DNA of 64,000 bases. It comes from Macrostomum hystrix (lineage: Eukaryota; Animalia; Platyhelminthes). Each line of letters begins with the position of its first letter. Position 1 is the stretch's first letter. This document shows positions 1 to 13,265 of this stretch, piece by piece. The position numbers and the translations under genes are program-made. Location of the stretch: assembly GCA_950097015.1 (NCBI GenBank), contig CATNEN010000038.1, positions 10,850,001 through 10,914,000 on the forward strand, given 5' to 3'. Under the pieces are notes generated by a model. That model saw only the letters and a program-made list of their open reading frames with translations, ran no database searches and was not told the origin of the DNA.

Positions 1-301
1 ATAAAAAACGTTTTTTATAGTGTCTCTACTCTATGCTTAAATAGTACAGGAAAAACATCGGATGATTGAGCAAAATACTTCAGAAGAGAATTAAAAAACT
101 TGATTATATTTAGAAATCGCAGTTTATAAAAAGTTCATTCGCTATTTATAAATTATTTTACTTGTAAAATCCCTATCTGCAAAATTTCCTTAAAATCCCG
201 ATATTTATCTGAGAACTATTTTTCTAGAACGTATATCCTTGAATTTATTTTCTAAAACCCCAATATTAGATCCCCTTACCATAGAATGACTATCCCAGTT
301 A

Positions 302-545
302 AAAATAATAATAATTGGAGGAGGGCTGCGGGCAATGGCACAACATTTGGTGACACCAGACCCGCAGCCAGCCAGGAGGCAATTCTGCCCATTTCGCTGA
401 CTCCTGAGCACACTCGCACACAGATATCGGACGCAGGCACACGCTCACACACACTGGGCCCCAAATAAATGTGGCCTCGCCGCGGAATCGAACTCAGGAA
501 CCTGGGTGCGTGAGGCAAACGCGGTAGAGCACTCTGCCACCCACC
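302..545 (-). mobile_element. tRNA-derived SINE, family B
   Basis: Minus strand starts GGTGGGTGGCAGAGTGC...GAGTTCGATTCCGCGGCGAGGCCAC (Pol III A/B-box-like) and ends in an (AAT)n tail near 302-315. A related head is at ~53935-53997. Confidence 0.6.
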
Positions 546-1363
546 AGCAAGAATCGCTGTTATGAAATAACATCATAATCAAATTATTATGCGAGAATCG
601 AACGAGTTCAATTCGGACTAGCGCAGAAAGCTTAATAAAAAACTGTCAATTTTTTTTCATTCGTTTTTTTCGACTAAATTCAGTTTTTGTGACACAACTC
701 CTGTTTCTTAATGGCTGCTTAGTCAGTCGAGCTTCACAAAACCATGGGGTTTTTCATTCAGATTCAGACGAACAAACAAATACACGAAAAGCCACTTGCC
801 TATAGTTCCTGAATTTAGCTTAACTACTTTTTTGCTGTTTAAGCGCCAGTGAAATTCTAATGTGCGGTAAGAAAAATAGCTTTTTAGTTTATTTTGCTAA
901 ATTCTTCACATTCTTTTGCTCGCAAAAAAAGCTAGTTACCACGTGACAAAAATACAACATTGCATGGGATTTGCGAGGCCTTGGCCTTGCTAAATAATTC
1001 TAGACAGACTAGAAATTATTAAAGAAATCCCATTTTTTACTTTGACAACCTGCCCTCGGATAAATTTTTTGTATTAAAAAACGGATCATACAGACAAAAG
1101 TACGTAGCAAAGACCGAAAATGTGAAATATAAAAAATCTATAACTACCTCGTATACGACAAAACTATAAAAAAATCCCTAAAAACAGATTTAAGAAGCTA
1201 CAAATTGCTTGTTAGAAATGATTATGTTAGAATCTGGATTTCTGGAAACTGAAAAGAAACCCTTAAATCCCGAATCCACAAATCTAATCCAACAATCCTC
1301 AGTATCAAAAAATTGATTCAATAATTTCATGTAACACCAAAATCCCCTTCGATATCCCAAAAC

Positions 1364-1657
1364 TTGATTACACCTGCCCCAATTGGTTCAGATGTGCAGC
1401 CGCCAGCGCAGCCGCAGCTAATGCGCGGCGCATCTGAAGGCTGCGTACAGCTGCTCAGTCCATGGACTGGGGGGACGCCACACCCACCCTCAATTACCCC
1501 AGCTAATGCTGGCACCCATTTTAACAGCTGGGTGAACTGAAGCAATGCAGAGTTAGGTGGCTTGCTAAAGGACACAAATTGTTCCAGTGGAGTCGGGAAT
1601 CGAACCCCAGACCTTCAAGTCGTGAGTCTGACGCTCTCACCACTAGGCTACAACTTC
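1364..1657 (-). mobile_element. tRNA-derived CORE-like SINE, family A (full length)
   Basis: Minus head GTTGTAGCCTAGTGGT (A box)...GGTTCGATTCC (B box), followed by GTGTCCTTTAGCAAGCCACCTAACTCTGCATTGCTTCAGTTCACCCAGCTGTTAAAATGGG. Four other copies are in the window. Confidence 0.85.
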
Positions 1658-1714
1658 TTATACTCCATATCCCAAAAATATCCTATAATCTTGTCTTCCA
1701 AAGGCCCAAGGAAG

Positions 1715-1880
1715 GGGGTTGCAGCCTAGTGGTCAGCTGGGGTGATTGAGGGTGGGTGTGGCGTCCCCCCAGTCCATGGACTGGACAGCCGTACGCAGCC
1801 TTCAGATGCGCCGCGCAATAGCTGCGGCTGTGCTGTCGACAGCTGATCTGAACCAATTGGGGCAGGTGAAATCAATAATT
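1715..1880 (+). mobile_element. Family A SINE, internally deleted, inverted relative to the 1364-1657 copy
   Basis: Head GGTTGCAGCCTAGTGGT is joined directly to the 3' half (CAGCTGGGGTGATTGAGGGTGGGTGTGG...GGGGCAGGTGAAATCAATAAT). Confidence 0.8.
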
Positions 1881-1907
1881 ATTTTTTGTCTTCCCCAAAA
1901 AGCTTAC

Positions 1908-4900
1908 TCTTCTTGACGACCATCTTGCGTGAGTGGACCACGGTCTCGCGACCGTCCGGCCCAACAGCGGCGGCCTCGCAGAACAGCCGGTACTTCGGCA
2001 GCCGCAGCGACATGGCGAAGAAGGCGGCCTCGTTGGCACCGGCGAGAATGGCGACGCCGCCGGAGCCGAGGTCGCGGAACAGGCCGACCGTGTCGCCGCT
2101 GCCGGCGTAGCCGCTGTTGACAACCCGAGGCCCGGCTAGCGAGTACTCCAGCTCCTCGTAGCGCCAGCGGATGCTGACCGATGATGAACCGGCTGCGCTT
2201 GGACTCGATGCCGCTGTTGACGCGGACGAAGCTTCGGCGGCGGAGGATTGCAAAGTGTGCGCCTGGCAGCGAATCACGGTGTCCTCGGAAATGGACGAGA
2301 CCAGAAACTGTGACGGCGGCTGCTGTGTGAAAACTGGCGCGATCGGCTCATTGTCGCGCGGTAGATCTGAGGGGAGATTTTTGGGAAATTTCGTTTCTTT
2401 TTCAATTAGATCTCCGTGAACTCCAATATTCATGGACACTTTTTCCTAAACCGACCCTCCGAAATCCTAAATTCTATAAAATCGAGATCCCGGTTTAGAT
2501 TCACTGAAACTACGATTCACGTGAACCACCGATTTACAAGAATCCCGATTTACAAGAATCCCGATTCACAAGAATCCCTATTCACAAGAGTCCCGATTCA
2601 CAAGAATCCCTATTCACAAGAGTCCCGATTCACAAGAATCCCTATTCACAAGAGTCCCGATTCACAAGAATCTCTATTCACAAGAATCCCATTCACCATA
2701 TCTTTAATCGCTTTTTTCTAGTTTTAAAAGTACTCGAGTACAACTAAACGGAGCTTACTTTGCATAGAAAATCCTAATTTCGTTTCTATGCAAAAGGACA
2801 GACTAATTTATTAGCAGTCAATGAACGAGTCTGTTTAGAAATGCCATATGAGGTTTAGTAAATCAACTTCCTATTCCATTTATTACAATATATAACTAAT
2901 AATTGTAAAGGTTTTGTGCTCACCGCACTCATGTAACTAAGCATGTGTGTGCAAACAATGGGAAAATTTCACACTCTCGTTTTTACAACCCATTATTTAT
3001 CGCTCATTATTCTATAAAGAGAAATTTGAGCATTTAACAACCTTTGTTGTTTAATGTAGGCTAGCTGTGTTTGAGTTTATATTGCTGGATTGTCCATAGT
3101 ATTATGAGTGACAGGTAGTCCACCTGGTATTGAAAACTGACTGTGTTCAGGTCCAATAGACTCAGCAGTAACACACTGCTATGCTCAATACAACTCACAT
3201 ACTTTATATAGAGCCTAGGCTTTTGTGACACCTATGAGCAGTGAGTCAGGACCTGCTCACAGCCCTGCTCAACCTCATTCCCTTTATTTTCTGCCCACCT
3301 ATAAATATATACTCATGAGTAATTATTATAACTCACATTGTTAATCCAATATGCGTATTCAACTGTGCTCAAATATACAGAGCCATGGAGTCTTTGTTTA
3401 AGCAAACTTTTCAGTTTTTTTCTCTTGCCCTTAAATTTTCTCTCTTCCGTGTAAGCGGCAATCAGACAAAGAAATAAGTTAGCCTTATTGTTAAGCTCTA
3501 TAATATTTTTACTACCCTGTGCCGGCCGGCACTCGTGTTCGAGCTTAAAAAAAGCAGGCAGACAAAATTTCTTAGATTAGTTTAGTTTGAGCATGAGTCA
3601 GTTTTTATGTACTTGTTACTCTTTTTCATGCCTGTCTTTCGGTAATTCATCGGTGAACGAAAAATGTAATTTTCTTGTCACCAGCATCAGCAGGGTTAGT
3701 AATAAAGTAATAAATTATACAGACAACATGTAATATAGCTTCAGCAGCAACAATTGTGCAATGAGCATAACTCCGCAGATAGGTTTAAGCTACCTATTTT
3801 TTGAGAATATCTTAAAGAAAGGCAAGCAAAAGCTAAACTTCTTATTTGTTTTTTATCTCCTGTTGCGGCCTGTTTCGTGTCTAGGGCTGTGAGTGAGTGA
3901 GTGTGTGTGTGTGTATATATACTGCAGTTAAAGATTGTCTGCTGGCCTCACAAATACACGGAAATAGGACCACAACTTAGATAATAGTTGAATACAATTT
4001 GCTTTTGCAGACTAAAATAGCCAAACTATGAGAAGAGAAGAACTGTACAAAAAAAGTTACAGTTCTCAGTGCTTCGTGAGATTTCTAGTGTATAAAAGCG
4101 AATATTAGTTTCTTACTTGCATCAAATGTGGATGGAACCCTCAATACGTCAGACTGTGACTCAGTTCAGTCAGATTGTGACTCAGTTCAGTCAGATTGTG
4201 ACTCAGTTCAGTCAGATTGTGACTCAGTTCAGTCAGATTGTGGCTCATTTCAGTGAGATTGTGACTCAGTTCAGTCAGATCGTGACTCAGTTCAGTGAGA
4301 TTGTGACTCAGTTCAGTCAGATCGTGACTCAGTTCAGTGAGATTGTGACTCAGTTCAGTCAGATCGTGACTCAGTTCAGTGAGACTGTGACTCAGTTCAG
4401 TCAGACTGTGACTCAGTTCAGTCAGATTGTGACTCAGTTCAGTGAGACTGTGACTCAGTTCAGTGAGACTGTGACTCAGTTCAGTCAGATTGTGACTCAG
4501 TTCAGTCAGATTGTGGCTCAGTTCAGTCAGATTGTGGCTCAGTTCAGTCAGACTGTGACTCAGTTCAGTGAGACTGTGACTCAGTTCAGTCAGATTGTGA
4601 CTCAGTTCAGTCAGATTGTGACTCAGTTCAGTGAGACTGTGACTCAGTTCAGTCAGATTGTGACTCAGTTCAGTCAGATTGTGACTCAGTTCAGTCAGAT
4701 TGTGACTCAGTTCAGTGAGACTGTGACTCAGTTCAGTCAGACTGTGACTCAGTTCAGTCAGATTGTGACTCAGTTCAGTGAGACTGTGACTCAGTTCAGT
4801 CAGATTGTGACTCAGTACAGTCAGATTGTGACTCAGTTCAGTCAGATTGTGACTCAGTTCAGTCAGATTGTGACTCAGTTCAGTCAGATTGGGACTCAGT

Positions 4901-7900
4901 ACAGTCAGATTGTGACTCAGTTCAGTCAGATTGTGACTCAGTTCAGTGAGACTGTGACTCAGTTCAGTCAGATTGTGACTCAGTACAGTCAGATTGTGAC
5001 TCAGTTCAGTCAGATTGGGACTCAGTTCAGTCAGATTGTGACTCAGTTCAGTGAGATTGGGACTCAGTTCAGTCAGATTGTGACTCAGTTCAGTCAGATT
5101 GTGACTCAGTTCAGTCAGATTGTGGCTCAGTTCAGTCAGATTGTGGCTCAGTTCAGTCAGACTGTGACTCAGTTCAGTGAGACTGTGACTCAGTTCAGTC
5201 AGATTGTGACTCAGTTCAGTCAGATTGTGACTCAGTTCAGTGAGACTGTGACTCAGTTCAGTCAGATTGTGACTCAGTTCAGTCAGATTGTGACTCAGTT
5301 CAGTCAGATTGTGACTCAGTTCAGTGAGACTGTGACTCAGTTCAGTCAGACTGTGACTCAGTTCAGTCAGATTGTGACTCAGTTCAGTGAGACTGTGACT
5401 CAGTTCAGTCAGATTGTGACTCAGTACAGTCAGATTGTGACTCAGTTCAGTCAGATTGTGACTCAGTTCAGTCAGATTGTGACTCAGTTCAGTCAGATTG
5501 GGACTCAGTACAGTCAGATTGTGACTCAGTTCAGTCAGATTGTGACTCAGTTCAGTGAGACTGTGACTCAGTTCAGTCAGATTGTGACTCAGTACAGTCA
5601 GATTGTGACTCAGTTCAGTCAGATTGTGACTCAGTACAGTCAGATTGTGACTCAGTTCAGTCAGATTGTGACTCAGTACAGTCAGATTGTGACTCAGTTC
5701 AGTCAGATTGTGACTCAGTTCAGTCAGATTGTGACTCAGTACAGTCAGATTGTGACTCAGTTCAGTCAGATTGTGACTCAGTTCAGTGAGATTGTGACTC
5801 GGTTCAGTCAGATTGGGACTCAGTTCAGTGAGACTGTGACTCAGTTCAGTCAGATTGTGACTCAGTTCAGTGAGACTGTGACTCGGTTCAGTCAGATTGT
5901 GACTCAGTTCAGTGAGACTGTGACTCAGTTCAGTCAGACTGTGACTCAGTTCAGTCAGACTGTGACTCAGTTCAGTGAGACTGTGACTCGGTTCAGTCAG
6001 ATTGGGACTCAGTTCAGTCAGATTGTGACTCAGTTCAGTCAGATTGGGACTCAATTTAATCGGCAGTCGCCCTAAACTTGTTCAAGACCAAAAAACAGAA
6101 CTAATTTTAGGTTTAGTTAAGAACTGTCACCAGTCTAACCAAAATAGGAAAACTAAGGCTGTTCACAAAAAACTATGCAAAACCCATCCACTAGTACTGC
6201 GTGAGTTTCCTCAATTTTTTTAGGCTAAGGCTTTACGTCAACGGGGGATAGAAAAGTTTGAGTTGAGTTTTTGAGTCAACCTCCAGCGTGGGTTCTGGTC
6301 AATTCGCCAATTAATTCTTTCGCCAAACTGTTCATAGGCCTCTGCCTATAGTTTGAGCACTATGCTGAGTACAGTCTTCCCTTACCCTACTCAATCCGAT
6401 CCTTTTATATTTCCTTACTCAGGAAAGCCCCTTTCTTCCCTACAGTATAGTGGACCGCTTCCACGCGAGTGCCACTAGCGGCGTCTCCCGTTGCAAATTT
6501 CCTATCGACTAAAATGAGAGGGAAAAAACACTAAGCATTAGCTAGCCTTATGTCCCGCATATATACACACACATATCTCCCAGCATTATTTTTAATACTG
6601 CTCAAACAGAGAGCGGCATAAGTAACTGCTCTCTTTGCTCAGGACCGCACACTAAAAAAACACTGACCTCAATATTTTTCCACCTGGGTCTCTGTCTCCC
6701 GCTCGATTTTCTCATTTTAAACTAGGGTTGATCAGCAGCCTTAATGTCTTATTGGATGGGACATTGGGACTAGGAGAGAATAAAAAATGTCTAAAAATAT
6801 TGACGAATGAGAAATAATACAAGAAGATAAGTTAGCAAGAGATGAGACAGGGCAGATGAGAAAGTGAAGACAACCCAGGAGAGATGAGACAGGCAAGAGA
6901 TTAGACAGGAGAAGGCAAGACAGGGGAGAAATTATCTAGGGGAGGGATAAGACAACGGAGAGATATGACAGGGAGTGATGAGACAGGGGATATATAAGAC
7001 AGGGGAGTGATGAGACAGGGGATATATAAGACAGGGGAGTGATGAGACGGGATATATAAGACAGGGGAGTGATGAGAAAGGGGATATATAAGACAGGGGA
7101 GTGATGAGACGGGAGATATATAATACAGGGGAGTGATGAGACAGGGGATATATAAGACAGGGGAGTGATGAGACAGGGGATATATAAGACAGGGGAGTGA
7201 TGAGAAAGGGGATATATAAGACAGGGGAGTGATGAGAAAGGGGATATATAAGACAGAGGAGTGATGAGAAAGGGGATATATAAGACAGGGGAGTGATGAA
7301 ACGGGAGATATATAATACAGGGGAGTGATGAGACAGGGGATATATAAGACAGGGGAGTGATGAGGCAGGGGATATATAAGACAGGGGAGTGATGAGACAG
7401 GGGAGATATAAGACGGGTGATGAGACAGGGGATTTATAAGACGGGAGTGATGAGGCGGGAGATATATAAGACAGGGGAGTGATGAGACAGGAGATATATA
7501 AGACAGGGGTGATGAGACAGGGGATTTATAAGACGGGAGATATATAAGACAGGGGAGTGATGAGACAGGGAATATATAATACAGGGGAGTGATGAGACAC
7601 AGGCATAGAGCGGGGCCAACAGACCGAATTTAGAAAATTTTCGAATCTTACGGGACTAGTATAAATCAGAGGTTTAAGTTCCACTAGAATAAACAAGACA
7701 AAGTATTGTGCGCCAGTTTGCTAAGCAAACACGGTCAAAGGTGTGACACCAAATGCTCCAACGTAACTATAGTTGACTGAATGAAAGCAGCAGAGTTTGA
7801 AGCATTTGCCCATGCAGTGTCAGGCGAGAGAGGTGCGCACTCTCTGTAACGCCATGTCATTCCATGTGTGTATCTAGGCACATAATTTTTTGGCTATTTG

Positions 7901-10463
7901 CCAATCGCCTTAGGAACGCAGTTCCGAATAAAATTAATTGAACTGACGGCTGTCACCTTTGAGACAGCCAATTTAACTACTAAATTGGTTCCACTTTTAC
8001 TACTACAACTGGACGTGTAACTCTGGTATGGCTATTCGAAATCTTTCACGCTGTGAGTTTCATTCTACAATAGTCACTCTGAGAGTTTCATACTACAATA
8101 GTCACTCTGAGAGTTTCATTCTACAATAGTCACTCTGAGAGTTTCATACTACAATAGTCACTCTGGGTTTCATACTACAATAGTCACTCTGAGAGTTTCA
8201 TACTACAATAGTCACTCTGAGAGTTTCATACTACAATAGTCACTCTGAGAGTTTCATTCTACAATAGTCACTCTGGGTTTCATACTACAATAGTCACTCT
8301 GAGAGTTTCATTCTACAATAGTCACTCTGAGAGTTTCATACTACAATAGTCACTCTGAGAGTTTCATACTACAATAGTCACTCTGAGAGTTTCATTCTAC
8401 AATAGTCACTCTGAGAGTTTCATACTACAATAGTCACTCTGGGTTTCATACTACAATAGTCACTCTGAGAGTTTCATACTACAATAGTCACTCTGAGAGT
8501 TTCATACTACAATAGTCACTCTGAGAGTTTCATTCTACAATAGTCACTCTGGGTTTCATACTACAATAGTCACTCTGAGAGTTTCATTCTACAATAGTCA
8601 CTCTGAGAGTTTCATTCTACAATAGTCACTCTGAGAGTTTCATACTACAATAGTCACTCTGAGAGTTTCATTCTACAATAGTCACTCTGAGAGTTTCATA
8701 CTACAATAGTCACTCTGGGTTTCATACTACAATAGTCACTCTGAGAGTTTCATACTACAATAGTCACTCTGAGAGTTTCATACTACAATAGTCACTCTGA
8801 GAGTTTCATTCTACAATAGTCACTCTGGGTTTCATACTACAATAGTCACTCTGAGAGTTTCATTCTACAATAGTCACTCTGAGAGTTTCATACTACAATA
8901 GTCACTCTGAGAGTTTCATACTACAATAGTCACTCTGAGAGTTTCATACTACAATAGTCACTCTGAGAGTTTCATACTAGAATTAGTCACTCTGAGAGTT
9001 TCATTCTACAATAGTCACTCTGAGAGTTTCATACTACAATAGTCACTCTGAGAGTTTTATTCTACAATAGTCACTCTGAGAGTTTCATTCCACAATAGTC
9101 ACTCTGAGAGTTTCATTCTACAATAGTCACTCTGAGAGTTTCATACTACATCTGTCATTGTAAGGTGAATAACACTGGGGAAATAGTCACTCTGCAAATG
9201 TCACGTTAAGGCTGTTAATTCATAAATTCACTCTGAGCTGACCTTTATGGGGCAAAAATCTGTTCATTTTGCCATACGGGATGAAAATTCTTACCCAGAA
9301 CAGAAGTAAAAAACGTCCCATTTTGTTGTCGTTTCACCTCTGCAATGTTACTATTTTATTCATGTTCATCTCTGGCACCTCTGGACAGACAGGTCTGTGT
9401 CACCCAACCAAGCCTGCATCTGATGTTTGGCAGAATCCGGGATTATCGCTGTTTAATGGCTTCGTTTTATGTAGCTATGGGACAGCGGTGGCTTCGGGTA
9501 GGATTCGATTGAATGGGAACTAAAATTTGTCTCGCCTCGCGCCAGCAACGCCAGGGCGATTGTCCGCAATCTACCTACCTACTAATCGAAGTGAATCTGT
9601 AGATAGCTAGAAAAAAAAGAGAAAATTTCTGTGGCTTCTGGGTGACTTCGATTAGGGTGTAGGATCTGTGCGCTCAGTTTTCGGAAGTCAGAGACAGACA
9701 AAAACAGCAACACGACATGGCTGACTGTCTTTGAGTAGTAATGAGAAGTACCTGCTCAGTTTGGCGTTAATCTAATCATAAATTAGGAAACAAGATAAGG
9801 ATCATGCGATAATGCCTGGGGATTCAGGGTTGCGATCGGATTAGGGATAAGATAGATGGGAAATCTGGGGATTTTGGGATTTGGAATCCGGTTTGGGATT
9901 AGATTATTTGGGAAATCTGTGGATTCTGGGATTTGGGATCCGGGTAGGGATTATTTAGGATTGGGAAGTCTGTGGATTCTGGGATTTGGGATCCGGTTAA
10001 GGATTATTTAGGATTGGGAAATCTGTGTATTCTGGGATTTGGGATCCGGTTAGGGATTATTTAGGATTGGGAAATCTGTGTATTCTGGGATTTGGGATCC
10101 GGTTAGGGATTACAATGATTGGAAACCTAGATTAGGGATTTAAGATTGGGATTGGATTGGGATTCCTCGAAAGAGGAACATTTGGATTTCAAATGTTAAA
10201 GGGATATTGGGAAACCCCCTTATCTAGTCTGTTGCACGTTGGTCAACTTAGACAATATTTAGCATCGAAATCAGTGAGAAACGTAATTTAGCTAGTAATA
10301 AATTAACCCAGCCTTATTAGCCATCTATAGATAAAGATTAATAATAGAGATTCGGTTGTTAAACAAAGAGAGACTCACCGATCACTAATCCGACAGTTCC
10401 GCTGATCTGAGCAAGCAGTACGATGGCTATCGCTATTGTACAACTTCGAATTGATGACGCCAT
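1908..10463 (-). CDS. Immunoglobulin-superfamily cell-surface protein (Dscam-like), 5' part. Exon 1 10463-10379 (signal peptide), exon 2 2366-1908 (Ig domain). Probably continues past the left edge.
   Basis: Exon 1 = MASSIRSCTIAIAIVLLAQISGTVGLVI then G|GTGAGT (phase 1). Exon 2 starts TCAG|AT in matching phase, is 459 nt and symmetric 1-1, and reads PVFTQQP..VIRCQA..IRW..LFCEA..VVHSRKMVV, resembling the first Ig domain of Dscam. Donor is AGA|GTAAGC. Confidence 0.72.
2530..2695. repeat. ~15-16-bp minisatellite (ATTCACAAGAATCCC)
   Basis: Direct tandem repetition. Confidence 0.9.
4148..6055. repeat. 21-bp minisatellite (TCAGATTGTGACTCAGTTCAG), ~90 copies
   Basis: Direct tandem repetition. It accounts for the 652-aa and 637-aa heptad ORFs. 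Confidence 0.97.
6965..7600. repeat. ~32-bp minisatellite (GGGGAGTGATGAGACAGGGGATATATAAGACA)
   Basis: Tandem repetition of two related ~16-bp subunits. Confidence 0.93.
8055..9150. repeat. 28-bp minisatellite (GAGAGTTTCATACTACAATAGTCACTCT)
   Basis: Direct tandem repetition with no spacers. Confidence 0.96.
9855..10165. repeat. ~53-bp G/T-rich tandem repeat
   Basis: Repeated GGGAAATCTGTGGATTCTGGGATTTGGGATCCGGTTAGGGATT. Confidence 0.85.
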
Positions 10464-12639
10464 TCGCTTCGCAATTCTTCTTTTATTAAACAAATCAATC
10501 AAAAGCAAATTTAGACGAAATAAGCTTCGCACAAACTGTACAATTCAGGTTGAAGATTCAGAAGATTTCTGATATTTTTGACGGAAGCATGACCAGACGC
10601 TGAACTCGATGAATAGAAACTACCGAATTTATCAAGCGAATCAATTAATCAAAACAGAAGTTGGCTGCTATAGGCTCGGCTGGGTTCAACGGTTCGAATC
10701 TCTGAAAGTCGGGTTATTTAGTTGAACCATTCGGGCGCGGCCAGGTTTTAAAAGTACACCGACACTGCGCGAAGGCTTCTTGGGCTTTGTGGGGTGGGCT
10801 GTTCTGGCGGTGCCCGTTGGAAGATAGCGTAGGCCACAGATCCAGCTTATACACGCCAGTCGGTTTTAATGGCGACGAGAGACTGCCGAATCGGTTTCGG
10901 ATAGAGAAGGATTTGCGCGGCGTACGGGCCCTCACGGACCGTGTGTAATGGCTGGGGCCAGTATTTTATGCGAGCGCGCTAGAGCTGAATTTTGCTGAAC
11001 CTTGCGGTCGCTTCCCCTACTTTACTACTGGGTCTCCGGGTTCGCCTAAATGGCTCTCTCTCTGCTTTTCCTTCTATGCCTTTAGCCCTACTGTGTTGGG
11101 CCTTTACTGGGGCTGAACTGAAGGAGGGGTTGAGGCGTGCGGCCTCCCTCGTTTCGTCCTGTGCGGGCGCGCGCTTCAAAACCCCTCTCCTACTGCGTGC
11201 GTGTCCTCTTCCGTCAACCCCCCTTCTCGTCGGCTTAAGCTTAGCGGGCTTCAGGCGGAGGTTGGGGCGGGGTCGCGGCGGCGGGGTGGTGGATGGGGTG
11301 GCGGGGCTTGGCAGAATTAAGGGCGGGAGGGATAGAGCTGGACAGGATAGGACTTGGCTTACCAATAGACCTTCCTATTTCCTTATTTTTTCGGCATTCT
11401 CTAATCCAGAGAACGCCCTGAATTGGATAGGGAGAGGAAAGACTCCGACTTTCAGGAAAGAAGTGGATTGGGTGAGCTCGCGATTAGACTAGGATCGGTC
11501 AAGGAAGAGGCAAAAAGCAGAAAAGATGCAATGGCAATGCCAGTGAGAGTTGAGGGGAGAAATGTGAAGATTTTGGTTTGAGGGATCACGTATTAGCCAA
11601 AACAACCACCAGGCCTCACTCGAGGTCGCTGGGGGAAGGAGGGAATCTAGGAAGAAGTAAAAGGGGAAGAAAAGCTAAAGAAGGGAAAAGGATTGATTGG
11701 ATAGGCAAATTAGCTAGTGGGAAACTGGCAACTGCACTCTGTACTGAATTGAAAGGGGTATGAGAATCAGATGATGTTTCTGCGGTGTGTCGCCACTCCT
11801 CTTTCCGTTCGTACATGCTGTGTGTGGGTAAAAGCGTATTGCTTGCATCGTGTATTTTTTTAGCTCTACAGTTGCTGAGTGGAACAGAAGGGAGGAGCGA
11901 ATTGGCTAAATTCCTTTTCCTTGTACGGCCAGTTGGCCCGGGGGAGGTCGATCCTGCCAGCTTTTCCTTTCCTATTTCCTTCTCTCCTCCATTCTCTCAT
12001 TCTCGCCTAGTGGGGGGCAGAGGTTTCAGCGGGGGTTTCTCTGCCGACCCCAAATGTGTGAATGGGGAGGTGGGCTCACACATGCTTCCTGGACAAGGCA
12101 AAGCTCAATACAGCAGAGGTGGGTGGGGCTCTATGTACATTGCGTTCTATTTCCATTCTTGGACATTCCTCATTGGCTAGGGGTGGATAGTCCAGCCCGC
12201 ACCCCTTTAGTCAGTGTCTATTGCCCAAATTCAGTAAGTTAAGCCAGATTAGACATATGTGGAAAGGACTAGATTAATTACTGACTGGACTGGTTAAAGC
12301 GTTGTGGGGATAACCTTTAACTGAGGGTAACTGAGGGGTCAAGTCACAACCGCACACTTTAATATTCTAATATTTTAAGATTATTTACAACCTTCGCTCC
12401 CTCCCAGGACAGTGTAAGCCGTTATCGAGTTTGAGCCATTATATAACTCGAGGCATCAATCAGGCATCAATTCTATAAAAGTATCTCCTGTAATACAATT
12501 CGACAATAGTTTGATGCGTTTTCGAATACTGCATGTACTTGTAATCCCAGTACAATTAATCAGGGTCAATTTTGTTTCTATATCCTAGAACACCAAAACT
12601 ACACTCTAGAATCGGAATCCAAAAATATCCTAGTATCCC

Positions 12640-13265
12640 AAACTGTATTATAGAATCCCAAACTGTATCCTAGAATCCCAAACTGTATCCTAGAATCCCA
12701 AACTGTATCCTAGAATCCCAAACTGTATCCTAGAATCCCAAAATGTATCCTAGAATCCCAAACTGTATCCTAGAATACCAAAATGTATCCTAGAATCCCA
12801 AAATGTATCCTAGAATCCCAAACTGTATCCTAGAATACCAAAATGTATCCTAGAATACCAAAATGAATCCTAGAATCCCAAACTGTATCCTAGAATACCA
12901 AAATGTATCCCAGAATCCCAAAATGTATCCTAGAATCCCAAACTGTATCCTAGAATCCCAAACTGTATCCTAGAATACCAAAATGTATCCTAGAATACCA
13001 AAATGTATCCTAGAATCCCAAACTGTATCCTAGAATCCCAAACTGTATCCTAGAATCCCAAAATGTATCCTAGAATCCCAAACTGTATCCTAGAATACCA
13101 AAATGTATCCCAGAATCCCAAAATGTATCCTAGAATCCCAAACTGTATCCTAGAATCCCAAACTGTATCCTAGAATCCCAAACTGTATCCTAGAATCTCA
13201 AACTGTATCCTATTATAGAATCCCAAACTGTATCCTAGAATCAAAAACTGTGTCCTAGAATCCCA
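12640..13265. repeat. 20-bp minisatellite (AACTGTATCCTAGAATCCCA)
   Basis: Direct tandem repetition. Confidence 0.96.

Noticed and set aside
4117-6075. 652-aa and 637-aa ORFs (heptad repeats, NLT sequons on the minus strand)
   Set aside because: Open on both strands only because the 21-bp unit lacks stops. No unique coding flanks or convincing splice sites.
8055-9150. 28-bp repeat resembling a CRISPR direct repeat
   Set aside because: No unique spacers, no cas genes, and the context is eukaryotic.
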